Positions 17,665-23,512 of a DNA stretch of 23,512 nt are shown piece by piece. A program made the translations under genes and the position numbers. Source of the stretch: Thermoproteota archaeon. GTDB taxonomy: Archaea; Asgardarchaeota; Jordiarchaeia; Jordiarchaeales; Freyrarchaeaceae. Under the pieces are notes generated by a model that was not told where the DNA came from, ran no database searches, and saw nothing but the letters and a program-made list of their open reading frames with translations. Location: NCBI GenBank assembly GCA_029258835.1, contig JAPDJY010000015.1:1-23512 (forward strand). The letters run 5' to 3'. The first letter of the stretch is position 1, and the number at the start of each line of letters is the position of its first letter.

Positions 17665-17943
17665 GTGTTCGCTGAAGCCTGCAGAACGGCTAGAGGCATC
17701 GTCGAAAGGCATGTAGGCGACAACGGAGAAATAATAGAGTGCAAAGTAGATGAGGGGTGCATAATCGACGGAGGAAAACCATGGTTTAATATAATAAGGG
17801 GATACATACTGGAGACATACTGCTTTACATGCAAGTCGGTCACTTTTATTAGAGTACTTCACGAGAAGGACCCAAGGAGGAATGTGGAGTGGGTAAGCGT
17901 GGACGTCGACGAAAACCTTAAAACTCCATGGTTCAAGGAGTGA
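17665..17943 (+). CDS. small Cys-containing hypothetical protein (CKVDEGC...CFTC); start uncertain
   Basis: 92-aa ORF starting at a GTG. The same frame stays open upstream to 17542 and encodes protein-like sequence but has no ATG, GTG or TTG start there. Confidence 0.4.
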   Translation: MFAEACRTARGIVERHVGDNGEIIECKVDEGCIIDGGKPWFNIIRGYILETYCFTCKSVTFIRVLHEKDPRRNVEWVSVDVDENLKTPWFKE

Positions 17944-17955
17944 TGGGGGTAACAG

Positions 17956-18993
17956 TTACTTTCCGCTGACCAACTCGTCCCCGCCCATCTCGATGAAGTA
18001 CACTGCATCAAGCTTAACGTCCTTCACCTCTTTTTCTTTCCTTTTCAAGTTCAAGTCTCCCTTTAAAAGGTGAACCTCGCCGCTGAGAGGATCTAAAATG
18101 AACTCGATTGCTTCGCGCTCTTCCCACTCAGGAATTTTCACGTAAATCTCACCGCTCTCAAACACCCATCCAACAGTCACTAAAGGCTTCCAAAGGCCAC
18201 CACGCCCGATGACGAAAAACGCGGGGGAAACGGAGAGGGGATTAGCTGTAACTTCCTCGACAAGAGAGGAGAGTTTCATAAGCAGCCTTTCCTGTCCATT
18301 GGGATACCTAACCTTAAACGGCGCGACCCTCTCCACAAGGTAAAACTGCTTTCCCTCATCCCTCTCAGGAACCAGCAAGTTAACCGCCAAAACCACACGT
18401 TCATCGTCTTCAAACTCAAAATTAGTGTAAAAGGGTTCCTCTACGACGCTATAAATCCGCTCAATAAGCGCCCACGCATCAAAGGATACACCCTCCCAGC
18501 TCAAACCGAACTTTAACGCTTCAATTTCCTCAACGCCGGAGGGGAACTGGATGAACTCCCTCTGAGGGTGAAACTCACGTTTAACCTCCTCAAACAATTC
18601 TCCAATAGCCCTTTCAGCATCCTTATCACAATACACTTCAACCATCACATCAAAACGATTCAACCTACCGCCCTCCCCCCTCAACATGGTAACGATATCC
18701 CCAAAGGAAATAACACCCCTGAGACGCCTAACAACCTTACCCGAAAAAGCAATTTTCCTGTAAAGCCGCCTATGAGCAGCAATTTTTTCATATAAAGTAT
18801 CAGAAATAGGGGGGCTGCTTTCCTCGATGTAAACCCGCACCTTCTCCAAGCCCGGAACACCTCCAAAACAAAATAAAAAGCAAGAAATTATATAAAATAA
18901 TATTCCAGTCTCAAAAGCAATAAACATGAAAAGCAAGCAACAAAAAAGAAAGCGCATATCAAGCTCTGAGAAAACAGAGAACAGAAGCAACAA
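17956..18993 (-). CDS. hypothetical protein; true start probably near 18849 (TTG) or 18840 (GTG)
   Basis: Long ORF with host-typical NNU/NNG codon usage. Its first ~48 codons are a Phe/Leu/Cys-rich translation of an AT-rich tract that contains a strong minus-strand TATA box (TTTTATATAA, about 18890-18899), so they are likely non-coding. Confidence 0.65.
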   Translation of the reverse strand: MLLLFSVFSELDMRFLFCCLLFMFIAFETGILFYIISCFLFCFGGVPGLEKVRVYIEESSPPISDTLYEKIAAHRRLYRKIAFSGKVVRRLRGVISFGDIVTMLRGEGGRLNRFDVMVEVYCDKDAERAIGELFEEVKREFHPQREFIQFPSGVEEIEALKFGLSWEGVSFDAWALIERIYSVVEEPFYTNFEFEDDERVVLAVNLLVPERDEGKQFYLVERVAPFKVRYPNGQERLLMKLSSLVEEVTANPLSVSPAFFVIGRGGLWKPLVTVGWVFESGEIYVKIPEWEEREAIEFILDPLSGEVHLLKGDLNLKRKEKEVKDVKLDAVYFIEMGGDELVSGK

Positions 18994-19000
18994 GAAAAGT

Positions 19001-19012
19001 TTTAAATATTTT
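19001..19012 (+). promoter_or_regulatory. TATA box for tRNA-Phe
   Basis: TTTAAATATTTT is centred about 30 nt upstream of tRNA position 1 (19037). Confidence 0.4.
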
Positions 19013-19036
19013 CCTAAAGACTTGAATAACTTAGGT

Positions 19037-19183
19037 GCCGCCGTAGCTCAGCAGGGAGGCAAAAGCCCCAAAGCGCTCGACCCAACTCGGGGCGAAGCTG
19101 AAGGCAAATCAATATTTACGGTCAGAGACCGAGTTGTCGTGGGTTCAAAAGGCGATAACCTGGAAGTCCCACCGGCGGCACCA
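19037..19183 (+). tRNA. tRNA-Phe (anticodon GAA) interrupted by four putative introns; CCA encoded
   Basis: The acceptor stem is GCCGCCG/CGGCGGC with discriminator A followed by CCA. Removing 19059-19071 (13 nt), 19080-19096 (17 nt), 19104-19127 (24 nt, canonical 37/38 site) and 19150-19166 (17 nt, T loop) gives a 73-nt cloverleaf. Its parts are GCCGCCG TA GCTC AGCAGGGA GAGC G CTCGG CTGAAGA CCGAG TTGTC GTGGG TTCAAAT CCCAC CGGCGGC A. The canonical intron forms a textbook BHB: central helix CTGA/TCAG with bulges AGG and AGA. Confidence 0.8.
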
Positions 19184-19203
19184 CCCATCTTTTAAACTGT
19201 CCT

Positions 19204-19208
19204 TTTTC
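19204..19208 (+). terminator. oligo-T tract downstream of tRNA-Phe
   Basis: CCTTTTTC lies 20 nt after the encoded CCA, and TCTTTT is also present at 19189-19193. Archaeal RNA polymerase terminates at T-runs. Confidence 0.35.
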
Positions 19209-19557
19209 TAGGTAACTTCGTCCATCAAGGCTTAACTCTTTTAGAAGTATTTTTCATTGTTAACGGAGAAAAGAGTGTTGTATGATGACACAAAGAAGGG
19301 AGGCTAAACGGAGCGAAACGCGACACGCCGGAAGGCATCGCCGAAAAGACCTAGGAATCCTTAGGGCTCCCGGCCGATGCAATGTTTTAAAGGGTTCAGT
19401 TTCCTGGGGATGTGATCCCTGATAGGTTTCGCCAAAGTCCAGTTAGCAGTTGCATAGGCTTAAAAGAAAATGTCCTTTACGTGATCTACCCAGTTTTTTG
19501 TCCAACGCTTAGGAGGCATACGTTTAGTGGGGAAGGGTGAGGAACCGTTTTGAAAAG

Positions 19558-19566
19558 AAATATATA
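19558..19566 (+). promoter_or_regulatory. TATA box for tRNA-Trp
   Basis: AAATATATA is centred about 32 nt upstream of tRNA position 1 (19594). Confidence 0.4.
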
Positions 19567-19593
19567 CTCCTTTTCCATATGGTTTCTGCTGAT

Positions 19594-19806
19594 GGGGGCG
19601 TAGCGCAGCCAGAACTATGTGTGGTTAAGCAGCGCGGCTGGCTCCAGAAGCAATGAGTTGAAGCTGGTGCGCTGAAGGAGGATGATGACCTTCTGGAGCG
19701 CCGAGCGAGGAGGCACCAGCCAGGTGATATGTATTAATTACATTGGGGTGGCACCAGCAAGTCGTGGGTTCGCCCTTATTGGGGCCTAGAAATCCCACCG
19801 CCCCCA
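19594..19806 (+). tRNA. tRNA-Trp (anticodon CCA) with three introns (D loop, canonical 37/38, T loop)
   Basis: The acceptor stem is GGGGGCG/CGCCCCC with discriminator A, and the D stem is GCGC/GCGC. The anticodon stem is GCTGG (19637-41) paired with CCAGC (19754-58), giving the loop CTCCAG|A once 19648-19752 (105 nt) is removed. The variable loop is AAGTC. The T arm is GTGGG-TTCG[19773-19790]AAT-CCCAC. The D loop carries an extra ~15-17 nt centred on the hairpin AACTA-TGTG-TGGTT (19613-19626). Confidence 0.85.
19653..19704 (+). ncRNA. box C/D guide RNA embedded in the tRNA-Trp canonical intron
   Basis: There is a degenerate C box around 19653-19661 (AUGAGUUGA), D' CTGA at 19672-75, C' ATGATGA at 19682-88 and a D-like CCGA at 19701-04. 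The D' guide GCTGGTGC (19663-70) is the exact complement of GCACCAGC (19751-58). The D guide CTTCTGGAGC (19690-99) is the exact complement of GCTCCAGAAG (19641-50). The nucleotides paired with the 5th position upstream of D' and D are C19754 (nt 39) and C19644 (C34). Confidence 0.75.
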
Positions 19807-19810
19807 TCAA

Positions 19811-19815
19811 TTTTT
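19811..19815 (+). terminator. oligo-T tract downstream of tRNA-Trp
   Basis: TTTTTCTTGT begins 5 nt after the discriminator base. Confidence 0.35.
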
Positions 19816-19860
19816 CTTGTTAATTGTGTAAATTGGTCTTGTTGCGTTTTTGGTTGATTA

Positions 19861-21261
<1,401 letters not shown>

Positions 21262-21577
21262 TTTAGGTTAATAGGCTACTTCCGCTTTCACCGTGTTCCT
21301 GCTTCATCCACTTTCCGGCGTTAGTCTCGCCTTCCCTACGGAGGATTATCTAGTTTACGCAAAGGCACAACTTCAATCCGTCTCGGCTCCAAGACAAAGC
21401 AGCAAAATTATGCTGAGGGAGATGTAAGAGGTTTCAGCCATCACATTCTCTAAGGAGAAAACGCTGATGACAATATTGAAGGATTTGTGACAAAACCTTA
21501 GGATGAAGGATGCCGTCCTTAAACGTTACGGGTAAAAGAAAAAATGAAAAATGCAGGAATTAGAAAAAGGGGTTTCT

Positions 21578-22093
<516 letters not shown>

Positions 22094-22273
22094 TCATAAG
22101 AGCTATTTAAAGCATTCGAAAACAGCGGAGAAGCTATGATAAGCAAGAAGAATGGAGAACTACAGGAAATGTAGATGAAATGTTAAGTAGTATTAAATTT
22201 CCTAGGGAGTTAGGAAAAAGGCTGTTTGGAAAAACTTTTATTGGTAATAGAATATGAGTGCTTCTCGTTCTAA

Positions 22274-23512
<1,239 letters not shown>

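Noticed and set aside
18926-19195. ORF 18926-19195 (89 aa), and ORF 19625-19810 (61 aa, minus strand).
   Set aside because: They lie across the tRNA-Phe and tRNA-Trp genes respectively and are spurious translations of RNA genes.
21463-21525. A possible box C/D sRNA in the trpS/BFN intergenic region (CTGATGA at 21464-21470).
   Set aside because: No CTGA D' or D box occurs at the required ~12-nt spacing. The candidate C' (GGATGAA) and D (none) are too degenerate.

Overview
Archaeal chromosomal window, about 48-50% GC. Archaeal markers are the DNA polymerase D large subunit, a four-subunit 2-oxoacid:ferredoxin oxidoreductase operon, a CDC48-type AAA ATPase, archaeal-type TrpRS, BHB-type tRNA introns, TATA-box promoters and oligo-T terminators. 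Most of the window is housekeeping: DRG GTPase (partial), TrmJ-like and THUMP/Trm14-like RNA methyltransferases, a dihydropteroate-synthase-family protein, PolD DP2, porGDAB, a DUF2070-like membrane protein, TrpRS and a bifunctional-nuclease-family protein. The most unusual part is a stable-RNA island at about 19.0-20.1 kb. (1) The 5S rRNA gene is circularly permuted: the 3' two-thirds is encoded before the 5' third, and the whole unit is bracketed by a perfect 13-bp helix with a BHB-like bulge arrangement. Predicted cleavage and ligation there would restore the conserved CCGAACACGGAAGUCAAGCC segment. (2) A tRNA-Phe(GAA) gene needs four short insertions removed to give a 73-nt cloverleaf. (3) A tRNA-Trp(CCA) gene has three introns; its 105-nt canonical intron carries a box C/D guide whose two guides point by the N+5 rule at C34 and nt 39 of the same tRNA. 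A fourth stable-RNA gene, tRNA-Val(CAC) at 11.8 kb, has two non-canonical introns. Second candidate: a translationally coupled pair at 2644-4391 (378-aa unknown helical protein plus a dCTP-deaminase-fold protein). It has clearly atypical codon usage (NNC/NNA instead of the local NNU/NNG). It is followed by a 625-bp ORF-free, strand-asymmetric, hairpin-rich gap (4392-5016) and a Trp-rich multi-wHTH protein on the opposite strand. No CRISPR array, transposase or integrase was recognised. All calls come from reading the sequence and ORF translations; no database search was possible.
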